From: an uncultured Chloroflexia bacterium
GTDB lineage: Bacteria; Chloroflexota; Anaerolineae; CG2-30-64-16
Assembly: GCA_963810095.1 (NCBI GenBank)
Contig: CAWEMM010000010.1
Location: forward strand, 32,001 to 96,000
Length of the DNA: 64,000 nucleotides
Reading direction: 5' to 3'
The first letter of the stretch is position 1, and every line of letters starts with the position of its first letter. Shown piece after piece: positions 1 to 10,458 of the stretch. The notes beneath the pieces were generated by a model. That model had not been told where the DNA came from. It saw only the letters and a list, made by a program, of their open reading frames with translations, and did no database searches. The position numbers were made by a program, and so were the translations under genes.

Positions 1-1
1 C

Positions 2-790
2 GATGAACTGTGGGCCGCGGACGACGCCCGCCGGGGATGCTGAGGCCGATGCGTTTCTGCGCGGCCCGGACCGGGGCCCGGTTCCGGCGCTTCTGATGAC
101 GGATGCCCGCGTGCGCCGCGCCGTTCCGTCTCCCTGGTAAATCGTACAGACACGGCGCAACCGGCGCAGGACGCAGGCCACCTGCGAGCCGAAGACGCCC
201 CGGTAGGTGTGGGCCTCGTCGATGACGACATACTTCAGGTGCCTGAAAAACTCGGCCCACAGCGGATGGTTGGGCAGGATGCCGGCGTGCAGCATGTCGG
301 GGTTCGTCAGCAGGACGCGGGCGTGCTGGCGGACACGGCCGCGCGCGCCCTGCGGCGTGTCGCCATCGTAGGTCGCGGCGAGCGGGTTGACGATGCCCTC
401 GCCCGCGGCCTTAATCAGCCCGTGCCACTTGCCGAGCTGATCCTGGGCCAGCGCCTTGGTAGGATAGAGGTAAAGTGCGCGGGCCAGCGGGTCGCGCGCC
501 AGCGCTTCCAGCACGGGCACGTTGAACGTCAGGGTCTTGCCCGATGCGGTCGAGGTGGCGACGACGACATTTTCCCCGTCGAGCGCCCGGTTGATCGCCT
601 CGGCCTGGTGCGCGTACAGTCGCTCCGCGCCCGTCGCATCCAGCGCACGCTGCACGGGCTGGCTCAGGCGCGCATGGAGCTGGCCGTAGCGCGGCGCGCG
701 CGATGGCAGGGTCTGCACGTGCACAATCTGCCCGGCGTACCCCTTGCTGTGCCGCAGCGCGTCAAGAAACTGGATCGGATCAAATGTCAT
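2..790 (-). CDS. DEAD/DEAH-box helicase, YprA/MrfA/Hrq1-like (partial, 3' end runs off the window)
   Basis: Manual translation from ATG at 790: [32 protein letters not shown] (Walker A)..[27 protein letters not shown]. Not in the ORF track because it is open-ended. Confidence 0.9.
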   Translation of the reverse strand, partial: MTFDPIQFLDALRHSKGYAGQIVHVQTLPSRAPRYGQLHARLSQPVQRALDATGAERLYAHQAEAINRALDGENVVVATSTASGKTLTFNVPVLEALARDPLARALYLYPTKALAQDQLGKWHGLIKAAGEGIVNPLAATYDGDTPQGARGRVRQHARVLLTNPDMLHAGILPNHPLWAEFFRHLKYVVIDEAHTYRGVFGSQVACVLRRLRRVCTIYQGDGTARRTRASVIRSAGTGPRSGPRRNASASASPAGVVRGPQFI

Positions 791-792
791 TT

Positions 793-938
793 CGAATAGG
801 ACGCTGATTCAACTGATTGGACTGATTTTCCTGATCTTTTTTAGATAATTGGTTCTATTTTATCACACGTCGCCAAATCTTTCAGCCGATCCGGCCGTGC
901 TATAATCAGTTCGATCAGTCCGATCAGCGTCCCATTCG
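793..938. repeat. Inverted-repeat element, 'CTGATT' family, copy A
   Basis: Left arm cgaataggacgctgatt-caactgatt-ggactgatt; right arm aatcag-ttcgatcag-tccgatcagcgtcccattcg; similar to copies at 3324, 7383 and 61268. Confidence 0.85.
857..906. promoter_or_regulatory. Divergent extended -10 promoters (helicase on -, antiporter on +)
   Basis: TGcTATAAT at 898-906 (+) and TGaTAAAAT at 865-857 (-). Confidence 0.55.
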
Positions 939-959
939 CCGTCCCATCTAGGAGCAACC

Positions 960-2579
960 TTGAGCGCGCTTCTTCAAGAGCAAATGCTTGTCCTGTTCGC
1001 CATCCTGGCCCTCGGGTCGTGGCTGGGCAGCTTGTCGCTGCGCGGCGTTTCGCTGGGTACGGCGGCAGTGTTCTTCGTTGGGCTTGCGTTCGGGCACTTC
1101 GGCATGAGCGTCCCCCGCCCCATCATGGACCTGGGTTTGCTGCTGTTCGTCTATGCAGTGGGTTTGCAGGCGGGGCCCCGCTTCTTCCGCACGTTCCGCC
1201 GGCAGGGTCGCGAGTTCGTCATCGTTGCCGCGGCAGCGATCCTCGCCGCGGGCATCGTGACCATCCTGATGGCCCGGCTCTTTGGCATGTCGTGGGCGCT
1301 GGCCGCGGGCATGTTCACCGGCGCGCTGACAAATACGCCCGCCCTAGCCAGCACCATGGACGCAGTTGGCCGGATCGACCCGGCCCAGTCTGCAGCCGTC
1401 CTCGTCGGCTACGGCATCGCTTACCCGTTCAGCATCGTGGGCGTCACCCTGCTGATCCCGATTCTCCCGAAGCTGCTCCGCCGTACGGTCGACGATGCGG
1501 AGCGCGACTGGTGCAACAGCCAGGCGGGCGAGCGGACCAGCCTGAGCAAGAAGCAGTTCCGGGTGGTCAACGCCAACCTGGAGGGGAAGCGGCTGGGCGA
1601 GTTGGACACGCACCGCCTGAGCCAGGTCAACATCTCGCGCGTGCAGCATGACGGCCAGGTCGTCACGGGTACACCCGACGTCTTCCTGCACGTGGGCGAC
1701 GTCATTCTGGCCGTCGGCGCGGACGAGGAACTGGAGAAGCTGCGCGTGCTGGTGGGCCAGGAAGTGCAGATCGAGATGGCGGCGAACACGCACACGGTGA
1801 GCCGCGAGATGTTCGTGACCGAGGAGAAACTCGCCGGCAAGCGGTTGATGGACCTGCACGTGTGGGACCGCTACGCCGTCATCGTCACGCGCATTCGCCG
1901 GGCGGGCGTGGAGATCACGCCCGTCGGCACCAGCACGCTGGAACTCGGCGACACGCTGCGGGTCGTGGGCGACGATGCGGCATTGAGCGAATTCGGCCGG
2001 CTGGTGGGCGGCAACACCCGCAAAATCGACGAGACGAACATGGTGCCGTTCCTCATCGGCATCCTGCTCGGCATCCTCGTCGGCTTGATTCCGATCCCCC
2101 TGCCCAACGGCCTCTCCATCAAGCTGGGAGCGGCGGGTGGTGCGCTGCTCGTCAGCCTGTTGCTGGGGCACTTCGGCCGCATCGGCCCGTTCCCGTTGTA
2201 CGTGCCGGTCGCAGCGCGTAACATCTCGCGCGAGCTGGGCCTGATGCTGTTCCTGGCCGGGGCGGGCGCCAATGCCGGGGGGCAGCTGCTGAAGGTGATC
2301 CAGGAGCAGGGCGGCGGGGTGTTCCTGGCCGGCGCTGCGATCACACTCGCCGCCGTCCTCGTCGCAGTGATCGTGACGCACTTGATCTACAAGATGAATC
2401 TGCTCTCGGTGCTCGGCCTGACCAGCGGCGTGATGACCAATCCACCCGCGCTGGCAGCCTCGGTAAACCAGACCGCTACCGACGTCCCCGCTGTCACCTA
2501 CGCGAGCGCGTATCCCGTCGTGCTGATCTTCAAAATCCTGGTTGCCCAGCTGCTGGTGGTCGTCCTGAGGCTGACGTGA
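960..2579 (+). CDS. AspT/YidE/YbjL family antiporter with TrkA-C domains
   Basis: TTG start after AGGAG; two hydrophobic AspT-like repeats (GLLLFVYAVGLQAGP, GALTNTPAL, GVMTNPPAL) flanking TrkA-C-like soluble domains. Confidence 0.88.
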   Translation: MSALLQEQMLVLFAILALGSWLGSLSLRGVSLGTAAVFFVGLAFGHFGMSVPRPIMDLGLLLFVYAVGLQAGPRFFRTFRRQGREFVIVAAAAILAAGIVTILMARLFGMSWALAAGMFTGALTNTPALASTMDAVGRIDPAQSAAVLVGYGIAYPFSIVGVTLLIPILPKLLRRTVDDAERDWCNSQAGERTSLSKKQFRVVNANLEGKRLGELDTHRLSQVNISRVQHDGQVVTGTPDVFLHVGDVILAVGADEELEKLRVLVGQEVQIEMAANTHTVSREMFVTEEKLAGKRLMDLHVWDRYAVIVTRIRRAGVEITPVGTSTLELGDTLRVVGDDAALSEFGRLVGGNTRKIDETNMVPFLIGILLGILVGLIPIPLPNGLSIKLGAAGGALLVSLLLGHFGRIGPFPLYVPVAARNISRELGLMLFLAGAGANAGGQLLKVIQEQGGGVFLAGAAITLAAVLVAVIVTHLIYKMNLLSVLGLTSGVMTNPPALAASVNQTATDVPAVTYASAYPVVLIFKILVAQLLVVVLRLT

Positions 2580-2622
2580 CGCCGGTTCGGGCGTGCGCCG
2601 GGGAAGCCGCGTCCTGATGTCC

Positions 2623-3270
2623 TCAGTGCTCGAACTCCTTGATCTCCAGGTCGGCGATCATCGCGGCACAGATTTTGCGGTGCATCGACGGTTTGCCTGA
2701 CACGTACCACAGCAGGACAATGGAGTCCTTGCCCTTGGTGATGCCGTCCTCCCGCACCTTCAAACCCGCGTCGACAAATGCCTTTTTAAGTGCGATGGGC
2801 TTGGCGGGGTCGAGTATGGTAGTGATCTTGTAGGACTTGAAGGCTGTGGCGCGCTGGAAGACACGCTCGAATGCAGGCAAGACGCTCAGGACGAACATGA
2901 CGAGCACGGTGGCCAGCGCTGTAAAGAGGACCGCGCCCAGGCCCATGCCCACGCCGAGCGCAGCCGCGACCCAGATCGTCGACGCAGTGGTCAGGCCAAC
3001 CACCTGTCCGCGACGTTGCAGGATGACGCCCGCACCGAGAAAGCCGACGCCGGTCACGATTTGAGCGGCCACGCGGCCGCCTTCGTTGGGGATGCGTTGG
3101 GAGACGATGACGAAGAGGGCGGCGCCGACACAGATCAACGTGATCGTGCGCATCCCCGCGGATTTGTCGTGATACTCGCGCTCTGCGCCAAGTGCAAGGC
3201 CGGCCAGAAAAGCGGCCACAAGCCGGATCAGGTCGTTCCCGTCAAGCACGACCAAGTGCTGCCAACCCAT
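2623..3270 (-). CDS. MgtC/SapB family membrane protein
   Basis: Motifs GAEREYHDKSAGMRT, RVAAQIVTGVGFLGAG and GLTTASTIW. Confidence 0.9.
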   Translation of the reverse strand: MGWQHLVVLDGNDLIRLVAAFLAGLALGAEREYHDKSAGMRTITLICVGAALFVIVSQRIPNEGGRVAAQIVTGVGFLGAGVILQRRGQVVGLTTASTIWVAAALGVGMGLGAVLFTALATVLVMFVLSVLPAFERVFQRATAFKSYKITTILDPAKPIALKKAFVDAGLKVREDGITKGKDSIVLLWYVSGKPSMHRKICAAMIADLEIKEFEH

Positions 3271-3323
3271 ACTCAATCCTCTACCCGATACAACCCTGGG
3301 CGCCCTATTCGATACACTGATCC

Positions 3324-3423
3324 GAAATAGGACACTGATGCAACCGATTGAACTGATTTACACTGTCCTTAGGGACAAGGATCGTGTTGATCAGTCGAAT
3401 CCGTTCAATCAGCGTCCTGTTTC
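3324..3423. repeat. Inverted-repeat element, 'CTGATT' family, copy B
   Basis: gaaataggacactgat...atcagcgtcctgtttc with internal ~9-bp ctgatt/aatcag units. Confidence 0.85.
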
Positions 3424-3459
3424 ATCCCTCGCTGCCCAGCAGCGCGGGGTGAGGGTGGG

Positions 3460-4719
3460 CTAGCCCGACTGGCTGTCTGCCTCCCGGATCAAGTCCTCCG
3501 CGTATTGCAGCAGCAGCTTCCTGCGCGCGTCGTCGACTGTCCGCGTCTCGAAGTACCGGTCCAGCATTTGCACCGGGGTGAGTGCCTCCACCGACACCCC
3601 GCCCAGCCGGTCGCGCGCCTGCCGCTGCACGTCGCGCTGGATCGTCGCCACGTCGTACGCGTCCTTGAGCGCGAGCTTGACGTCCCGGTCGATCAGGCGC
3701 AGCTCCTGCGACTCGTCCAGCACGATCTGCAGCCGGACGACCGTCTCGGACAGGTCGCCGGCGGCTTCGATCCGTCTGACAACCTCCCCCGTCGGGTCGT
3801 CCTCGTCGCGCACATCCACCTTGATTGTCCGAAAAGGACGAGGGCGCCGGCGGTATTGTTCCTGGAACTCCCAGATCGTCTGCCCTTCCCCGATGGTCGC
3901 GACGACCCAGCCCTTGGGCTCGCGTTCCTCGCCGAAGTCGATTCGTTCGGGGCTGCCGCTGAAGATAATGGGCGGCTGTTCGTCACGGTTCAAGCTCTGG
4001 TGCTTGTGGATGTGGCCCAATGCCACGTAGCGCCAGGCAGGGTCGGCCAGGGCGGCGCTCCGGTCGACCGCCACGTCACGGCCCACCATGATGTTGCGTT
4101 CGGAGCCGTGCGACGCCTCGTCCACGCTGAAGTGACCGACGAGGATTGCCGGCGTGTCCGGGTCCTGCCGTGCGTGGTGTGCGAGGTCCATGATGCGGGC
4201 AGTGAGCCGCTCGCTCAGCAGCCGGTCCAGCTCCTCGACGCTCTTGCCCTCACCCTCCTCGCGCGCGATATGATCCTGGCGCAGCGGGTAGGGCGCAGTG
4301 GCCACCTGGAGCTTCTGCCCCCGGCGGCAGGTGATCGTCCTGAGGGTGTAATCCGCGCCCACATACACGTTAGGCACTTGCAAGGTGTCGAAAATGCTGA
4401 TGGAGGTTGCGCGGCGCTGCACAGGCGGCAGGTCGTGGTTGCCCACCAGGAGCACGACCGGAATCCCTGCGTCCGCGACGGTTTTGATCCGACGGGCGAA
4501 CTCGCGCTGAAAGGTCGGATTCGGGTCGCGCATCTTGTACGCGTCGCCGGCAAAGACGAAGACGTCGACGCCCTCCTCGATGGCGTAGTCGGCCATGTCG
4601 GAGAGACGGCGCAGGAAGTCCATGACGCGGCCGTGGATCCCCGTATCCGGGTCCATCCGCCCGTAGTTCTCCATGCCGACGTGCAGGTCGGCCGTGTGCA
4701 ATAGCTTGATTGGTTGCAT
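3460..4719 (-). CDS. sbcD: Mre11/SbcD family nuclease
   Basis: Phosphoesterase motifs HTADLH, AGD, GNHD, GHF, ALGHIH and SGSPERIDFGE. Confidence 0.92.
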   Translation of the reverse strand: MQPIKLLHTADLHVGMENYGRMDPDTGIHGRVMDFLRRLSDMADYAIEEGVDVFVFAGDAYKMRDPNPTFQREFARRIKTVADAGIPVVLLVGNHDLPPVQRRATSISIFDTLQVPNVYVGADYTLRTITCRRGQKLQVATAPYPLRQDHIAREEGEGKSVEELDRLLSERLTARIMDLAHHARQDPDTPAILVGHFSVDEASHGSERNIMVGRDVAVDRSAALADPAWRYVALGHIHKHQSLNRDEQPPIIFSGSPERIDFGEEREPKGWVVATIGEGQTIWEFQEQYRRRPRPFRTIKVDVRDEDDPTGEVVRRIEAAGDLSETVVRLQIVLDESQELRLIDRDVKLALKDAYDVATIQRDVQRQARDRLGGVSVEALTPVQMLDRYFETRTVDDARRKLLLQYAEDLIREADSQSG

Positions 4720-4774
4720 AACCTGTCCTGTTTGGGTGTGGCGGACGAAGTCAGCCACCCGCCCAAACGATGCG

Positions 4775-6541
4775 CTAATCGAATCCCGCGAAATTGGGGT
4801 TGCGGCCGGTGACCTTGTCCAGCGTGACCAGTTCCGCCGCGCGTTCGCCTGCGTCGCGGAAGCCCATGGCCCGGTAGAAATCCATGTCGTAGCGCCGCGT
4901 TTGCACCACTACGGGCATCGGCACCGCGTGGCCGAGGATCAGCGCCTGCTCCCGGGTGTCGAGCCGCGCCAGTACTTCCTTCAGCCCGGCTGCGCCGCTC
5001 ACGCCCGACAGCACGGCTTTAATGTCGCTCTCGTCGTCGAGCAGCATGGTGACGCGGGTCCCGATCTGCGACATGACCTCCGGGTCGATGCCGGATGGGC
5101 GCTGGTCGACGATGAAGAGCGTGACGTTGTACTTGCGCAGCTCGCGCGCAATGGTGCCGAAGATCGTGTTGCCCGCAATGGCCGGATCGAGGAACTTGTG
5201 CGCTTCTTCGATGGTGATGACGAGCGGTGTGGGCTCCTTGCCCGACTCGCCGAAGGCGGCTTCCTTCTTCTTAACGTACTGCTGGTGAATGCGCCGGGTC
5301 AGGAAGTTCGCGACGAAGATGTACGCGCTCAGGTCGGACCCGTAGCGGCCGAACTCAAGCACGACGTTCTTCCCCTGCTCCAGGTATTCGAGGATGCGCC
5401 CGACCGAGTCGTCGTGGGGCTTCTTCGTTAGAAAGCTGTAGGTTTGCATGCGCTCGAAACGGCGGCGCAAGGCTGCCAGCGTCTGCTGTCCCTGCCCCAG
5501 GTCCTCCGCCAGGGCTTTCAGGCCCTTGATCTCTTTGCCGGTCTCCGGGTCGAAGTCGCCGTACGCGTCCACCCAGTCGTCGTCAAGGAAGTCCTTGAGC
5601 CAATTTCGGCCGAACTTACGGTACATCGCGTAGACCGCGCCCACCTGCGGCTCGCTCAGGTTGAGGATGCCGGACAGCATTTCGAGGTCCTCGGGCACCA
5701 CCTGGTCGTACCCGATCGCAATCACCTGGTCGGGGTTCGACTTGCGCCGGCGCGACGATTCGTCGTCCAGCGTGAAGATGCTCACCTTGCCCGGGAAGAT
5801 CTGCTTGAGCCCCTTAACCTTGCTGATGTCCTCGGAGCTGCCCTCCCAGCCGTACTCATTGTGCATGTCGAAGATCAGGTTAACCGCGACATTCTCACGG
5901 ATCGCCCCGGCCAGCAGCAAGCGCGAGAGGAACGTCTTGCCGGTGCCCGACTTGCCGAAGACGCCCGAAGAGCGCTCCACCAGGCGCTCCAGGCTCAGCG
6001 TGATTTGTACGCCTTCCATGTCGAGCGGCGCGCCGATGTGGAAGTAGTGCACCTTCTTCGTGCCCTCCTTCCGCTCGCCCTCGGGCCCGAAAACCTGGTC
6101 GACCTCGGCCTGGCTCGCGGTCGAGACGGGCGTGAAGTGCTCGGGCACGGTTTTGACCGGCTTCGGCTCGGGACTGTCGCCGTTCTCCAGAACCAGCAGC
6201 GGGCTCAGGTGCACGGTGCCGAACGTCGTGGTGCCGCGGTAAATCTCGGCGATGAAAGCGTCACTGTAGTCGGGCGGCTGCTTAGTGATCTCGGGATTGG
6301 TCGCGTCGAGCGCCACGTCCGTAATCATGCTGAAGAAGCGCCGCGCCCGGCCGCGCGCAACGACATAGCGTCCGACGGCAAGATCCTCGATGGAGACGGC
6401 CCGGTCCAGCTTGACCGCCAGCCCCTCTGACAGCGAGCCGCCGATCACCACGCCCAACTGGTCGCGCGCGTCCGCGACGACCTGACGCTCGGCCACTTCC
6501 TCGTTGCGTGACTTCAGACTATCGAATGAGTTGTCGTCCAT
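4775..6541 (-). CDS. herA: HerA family helicase/ATPase (HAS barrel + FtsK/HerA ATPase)
   Basis: C-terminal part of the 892-aa track ORF: GKSGTGKT, FDMHNEYG, ITIEEAHKF, ARELRK and DQRPS. The start codon is approximate. Confidence 0.88.
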   Translation of the reverse strand: MDDNSFDSLKSRNEEVAERQVVADARDQLGVVIGGSLSEGLAVKLDRAVSIEDLAVGRYVVARGRARRFFSMITDVALDATNPEITKQPPDYSDAFIAEIYRGTTTFGTVHLSPLLVLENGDSPEPKPVKTVPEHFTPVSTASQAEVDQVFGPEGERKEGTKKVHYFHIGAPLDMEGVQITLSLERLVERSSGVFGKSGTGKTFLSRLLLAGAIRENVAVNLIFDMHNEYGWEGSSEDISKVKGLKQIFPGKVSIFTLDDESSRRRKSNPDQVIAIGYDQVVPEDLEMLSGILNLSEPQVGAVYAMYRKFGRNWLKDFLDDDWVDAYGDFDPETGKEIKGLKALAEDLGQGQQTLAALRRRFERMQTYSFLTKKPHDDSVGRILEYLEQGKNVVLEFGRYGSDLSAYIFVANFLTRRIHQQYVKKKEAAFGESGKEPTPLVITIEEAHKFLDPAIAGNTIFGTIARELRKYNVTLFIVDQRPSGIDPEVMSQIGTRVTMLLDDESDIKAVLSGVSGAAGLKEVLARLDTREQALILGHAVPMPVVVQTRRYDMDFYRAMGFRDAGERAAELVTLDKVTGRNPNFAGFD

Positions 6542-6570
6542 GTCTCCTCGTAGGTTGTTCCATGCATCTG

Positions 6571-7375
6571 TCACGCGTCCTTCACCAGGTGCACCTTCGT
6601 ATACGCAAGCCGGAATCCCAACCGTTCGACGTTCCGCTGCGAGCCGCTGCCCGGCTCGGTGTGGACGATGGCCAGGCTGCAGCCGAGGCGTTGGGCCTCG
6701 GCCAGGCGGCTGGCGAGCAGCGCGCTCTGTACGCCCCGGTTGCGAAAGGACGGCCGGGTGCTCGCACCAAACATCTCGGCCAGCCCCTCGTCCACACACA
6801 GCGTCGCCGCGCCGGCCGCTTCCCCGTCGACCCAGGCGAGATAACACGTCGTGTGCGCCATGTACGGATAGGCGGCAATGACTGCCGTGCGGCCCGGCTC
6901 GGCTTCTTCGCTGTCCAGTCCACCCTTGAACGCCACCCTCGTCCAGAGCGTCGCCTCGTCGTAGTTGGCGGGGCAGATGATAATCCCCTTCGGCAGGTGG
7001 AAATCTTCGGTCGGGCTGATCTCGCGCACCCACGTGTGCATGAACATGTCGATCCGATAGCGCCCGCCGGCAAGGCATCGCAGCAGCGAGCGGTCGGCGA
7101 GCGGACAGAGGCTGACCTGGGGCGTGACGCCGTAGTTGGCGAAGAATGCCTCGATGCGTTCGAACTCGGGCTCGGAGACCGGGCCGTGCAGCCCGATCCC
7201 GACGGCGCGGTTGTAGGGCGAACCGCGGCCCGGCATACACGGCCACCCCGCCCGCCACCGTCAGGACGGCCGGGTTGACCTCGGCCATGACACAGGGACG
7301 CGCGCGGGCATAAGCGGCATACTTGGCCGCCTCCGCTGCTTCCAGCCGCCGGGCGAGATCAAGATCTGCAAACAT
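6571..7375 (-). CDS. GNAT family acetyltransferase (one +1 frameshift near 7226)
   Basis: MFADLDLARRLEAAEA..VAVYAGP joins GSPYNRAVGIG..STRPSFRNRGVQSALL..SQRNVERLGF after removing one C. Confidence 0.82.
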
Positions 7376-7382
7376 GGGCCGA

Positions 7383-7475
7383 ATTGGACACTGATTGGAT
7401 TGATGCAACTGATTGACGAGATCCCCTTTTTGAGGACGATGTAAATCAGTCAAACGGGTTCAACCTGCGTCCTAT
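7383..7475. repeat. Inverted-repeat element, 'CTGATT' family, copy C (degenerate)
   Basis: attggacactgattggattgatgcaactgatt...aatcagtcaaacgggttcaacctgcgtcctat. Confidence 0.7.
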
Positions 7476-8975
7476 GAGCTCCTCCCGTACTTCGACCGCA
7501 AGTAGTTCATGTACGGCTCGATGCGTCAGGTCGCTGCCCGTGACACGCCGGACCAACTCAGCGGCGGTGTACTTCGAGCCGTACTGGTAGATGTTCTCGC
7601 GCAGCCAGCCGAGCAGCGTGTCGAAGCGGCCCGCGCGCATCTGGCCCGGAATCTCCGGGTGCGCGGCGAGCGCGCGGTCGTAGAACATCGCGCTCATGAT
7701 GTTGCCGAGGGTATAGCCCTGGAACACGCCACCGATGCGGAAGCCGTACCAATGGACGTCCTGCAGGCAGCCGTCCCGGTCGTCGGGCGGCTCGATACCG
7801 AGGTCACGCTTGTACGCCGCGTTCCACGCGTCAGGCAGGTCTTTCACCGCCAGCCGGCCCTCGAGCATGTCGGCTTCCAGGCCAAAGCGGATCATCACGT
7901 GCAAATTGTAGGTGAGTTCATCCGCGTCCGTCCGGATCAGCGAGCGCTGGACCTTGTTGATCGCACGATGGAAGGCGTCGACCGGCACCCCGCCCAACTG
8001 CTGCGGGAATACCTGCTGGAGGCGGGGGTAGTAGAAGTGCCAGAAGTCCAGGCTGCGGCCGACCAGGTTCTCCCACAGCCGCGACTGGCTCTCGTGCACC
8101 CCGGACGATGTCCCGCCGCCGAGCGGCGTCGCTTCGAACGCGGGGTTGACCCCTTGCTCGTACATCGCATGGCCGCATTCATGGATCGTGCTGAAGAGCG
8201 CGTCGCCCAGGTCGTGCTCCTTGACGCGGGTAGTGATGCGAACGTCGCCCTGAGAGAAGCTCGTGGTGAATGGATGCGCGGCCCGGTCGAGGCGGCCGCG
8301 TTCGAAGTCGTATCCGATCCCGCGTGCGACCTCCAGCCCAAATGCCCATTGCTCGGGGTCGGCGTAAGTCTGCTTGAGGAACGTATCGTCGACCGGCCCG
8401 GCCGCCAGCACGGCCTCGACGAGCGGAACAAGCTCCTTGCGAAGCTGCTCGAACAGCGGGCGAATGGTGCGGACGTTCATCCCGAAGTCGGCCTCGTCGA
8501 TCAAGGGGTCCATGACGTGATCGTAGGGCGCGAAGTAGCCCGCGTACTGCCGTGTCAGGTCGAGCGTCTTCTCCAGCAGCGGGCGGACGGATGCAAAGTT
8601 ATTCGCCGGCCGCGCGGCTTCCCACGCCTGGAAGGTCTCGTTGCTATGAGCGTACATCTGGGCGACGAACGCGGAGGGAACCTTAACCGCTCGCTCGTAC
8701 ACCCGCCGGGCAACGCGCAGCAGCGCCGCGTCGTCGTGGTCGTACGGCAGGTTCTCGCCGTACGGCTGGAGCGCGTCGAGGAGGCGGCCGAATTGGGGAT
8801 CGGTCAGCTTCTCGTGCGCCAGCCGGCCCACCAATGCCGCCTGTCGCGCCCGGGCGGGCCCACCGCCGTGCGGCATGAGCGTCTGCTGGTCCCAGTCGAG
8901 CAGCGCGCCGACGGACCCCAGGTCCTGATACTCTGCGTACAGGGTTTTGAGCTCTGCCAGTCTTTCTTCCATCAT
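7472..8975 (-). CDS. Carboxypeptidase Taq (peptidase M32); +1 frameshift near 7523
   Basis: HPF, HECGH (HExxH), HESQ, IRTDADE and GCLQDVHW; removing one base restores the C-terminus IEPYMNYLRSKYG and a TAG at 7472. Confidence 0.92.
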
Positions 8976-9757
8976 CAGCTCGTCTTCCGGTGTGCCATGC
9001 TCGCGGTCGCCTGCGCGGTCGCCAGCAGCAGGATGTCTTGCACATTCACGTGGGGCGGCCGGGTGACGGCCCAGACGATCGAATCGGCGACGTCTTCAGG
9101 GGCCAGGGGCTGGAGGCCCTGGTAGACTTTCTGGGCGCGCTCCTCATCCCCGTGGAAGCGCACGAGGCTGAACTCCGTCTCGACCATGCCGGGCTCGACG
9201 TTGGTCACCCGGATGCCCGTGCCCAGCAAGTCGATTTTCATCGCCCGGCTGATCATCGCGACGGCGGCCTTGCTGCCGCAGTACACGGCCCCGCCCGCGT
9301 AGGGGTCTCGGCCGGCGACCGACCCGATGTGCACCACGTGGCCCCGGCCCCGCTGCACCATGCCGGGCAGGATGGCCCGCGTCACGTAGAGCAGGCCCTT
9401 CACGTTCGTGTCGATCATTTCGTCCCAGTCGTCAATCAACCCCTCTTGCAGCGGGTTCAGCCCGCGCGACAGCCCGGCATTATTCACGAGGATGTCGATG
9501 GCCTGCCATTCGGGGGGCAGGTTGCCGAGCTTCTCGCTCACGTCTGCTTCCTGCCTGACATCGAGCGTGACCAGCAGGCATTCCGTACCGTGCTCATCCT
9601 TGAGCTTCTGGGCGAGTTCCTGCAGCCGCTCCGTGCGGCGGGCGGCGAGAATCAGCCGTGCGCCTTCGCCCGCCAATGCGGCGGCGGTAGCCGCGCCGAT
9701 GCCCGAGCTGGCGCCGGTTACCAGGGCCGTTTGACCTTTGATCGACAATGATCGCAT
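8975..9757 (-). CDS. SDR family oxidoreductase (YdfG-like)
   Basis: TGASSGIG, NNAG and YCGSK catalytic motifs. Confidence 0.92.
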   Translation of the reverse strand: MRSLSIKGQTALVTGASSGIGAATAAALAGEGARLILAARRTERLQELAQKLKDEHGTECLLVTLDVRQEADVSEKLGNLPPEWQAIDILVNNAGLSRGLNPLQEGLIDDWDEMIDTNVKGLLYVTRAILPGMVQRGRGHVVHIGSVAGRDPYAGGAVYCGSKAAVAMISRAMKIDLLGTGIRVTNVEPGMVETEFSLVRFHGDEERAQKVYQGLQPLAPEDVADSIVWAVTRPPHVNVQDILLLATAQATASMAHRKTS

Positions 9758-9831
9758 GCGTTCCTGCTCCTTGGGCTATGCAGTTCCCGAAGGGAAGCTG
9801 CCAACGCCAACGGCCTCCGGCCGTTGGCGCT

Positions 9832-10434
9832 TTATCGCAACTGCCCCAGTATACCGTCGAGGCGGGATAAATCCAACGCTAACAGCTTTGCGAGCTCTCG
9901 GCCCGCGCTCACCAGGTACTGCTCGCGTTCCATGTTGGTGGGTCGCGCTTCGGCGGCGAGGCGCAGGGCGGCGACGATGATCTGGTCGACCGGCGCGTTG
10001 AACGCAGGGAGCACGAGCCGCAGCCAGTCATGCCGCTCGGTAAACCCGCGGGTTTCCGCCTTGCCGCACGTGAAGATCTCGTCCAGGGTGCGGGGCGGCT
10101 GAGGCGGCAAGCGATGGAAGTAGCGGCCGCCATCGCCGTGTCCCACGACGATCACGTCGACCACGATGGGCACCTGGCGCTTCTGGCGCTGATCCTCGAT
10201 GATCTCCGCGCTTTCCACCCCGGCCGCCACCAGCTGCCGGACGAACGCGTCGTCTTCGATCGTCACGTTGCAGGTCATGCCGTAGACGACCTGCTCGCCG
10301 CTGCCCTTGGCCTTTAGCAGCGCGCCGAGCTTGGGCGTCATCTTGTCCTGCTCGGCGATGAGCTGCCGGCAGCCGACGGTAAAGTTGGCCGTGCTCGAGC
10401 GCAGCACCCTTCCGACCTGGTATTCTCCGTCCAT
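9832..10434 (-). CDS. HAS-barrel domain protein associated with NurA/HerA
   Basis: N-terminal VGRVLRSSTANFTVGC..PKLGALLK beta-barrel-like segment, LPPQPP motif; lies directly downstream of nurA. Confidence 0.65.
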   Translation of the reverse strand: MDGEYQVGRVLRSSTANFTVGCRQLIAEQDKMTPKLGALLKAKGSGEQVVYGMTCNVTIEDDAFVRQLVAAGVESAEIIEDQRQKRQVPIVVDVIVVGHGDGGRYFHRLPPQPPRTLDEIFTCGKAETRGFTERHDWLRLVLPAFNAPVDQIIVAALRLAAEARPTNMEREQYLVSAGRELAKLLALDLSRLDGILGQLR

Positions 10435-10458
10435 GCTTTCTCCGCGTCCACCAGCCTG

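Noticed and set aside
209-799. 196-aa plus-strand ORF
   Set aside because: Antisense shadow of the minus-strand helicase, which carries the recognisable motifs.
4775-7453. 892-aa ORF suggesting a GNAT-HerA fusion
   Set aside because: Artefact: the GNAT 5' end runs out of frame through a +1 indel into the herA frame, and the intervening translation is nonsense-like.
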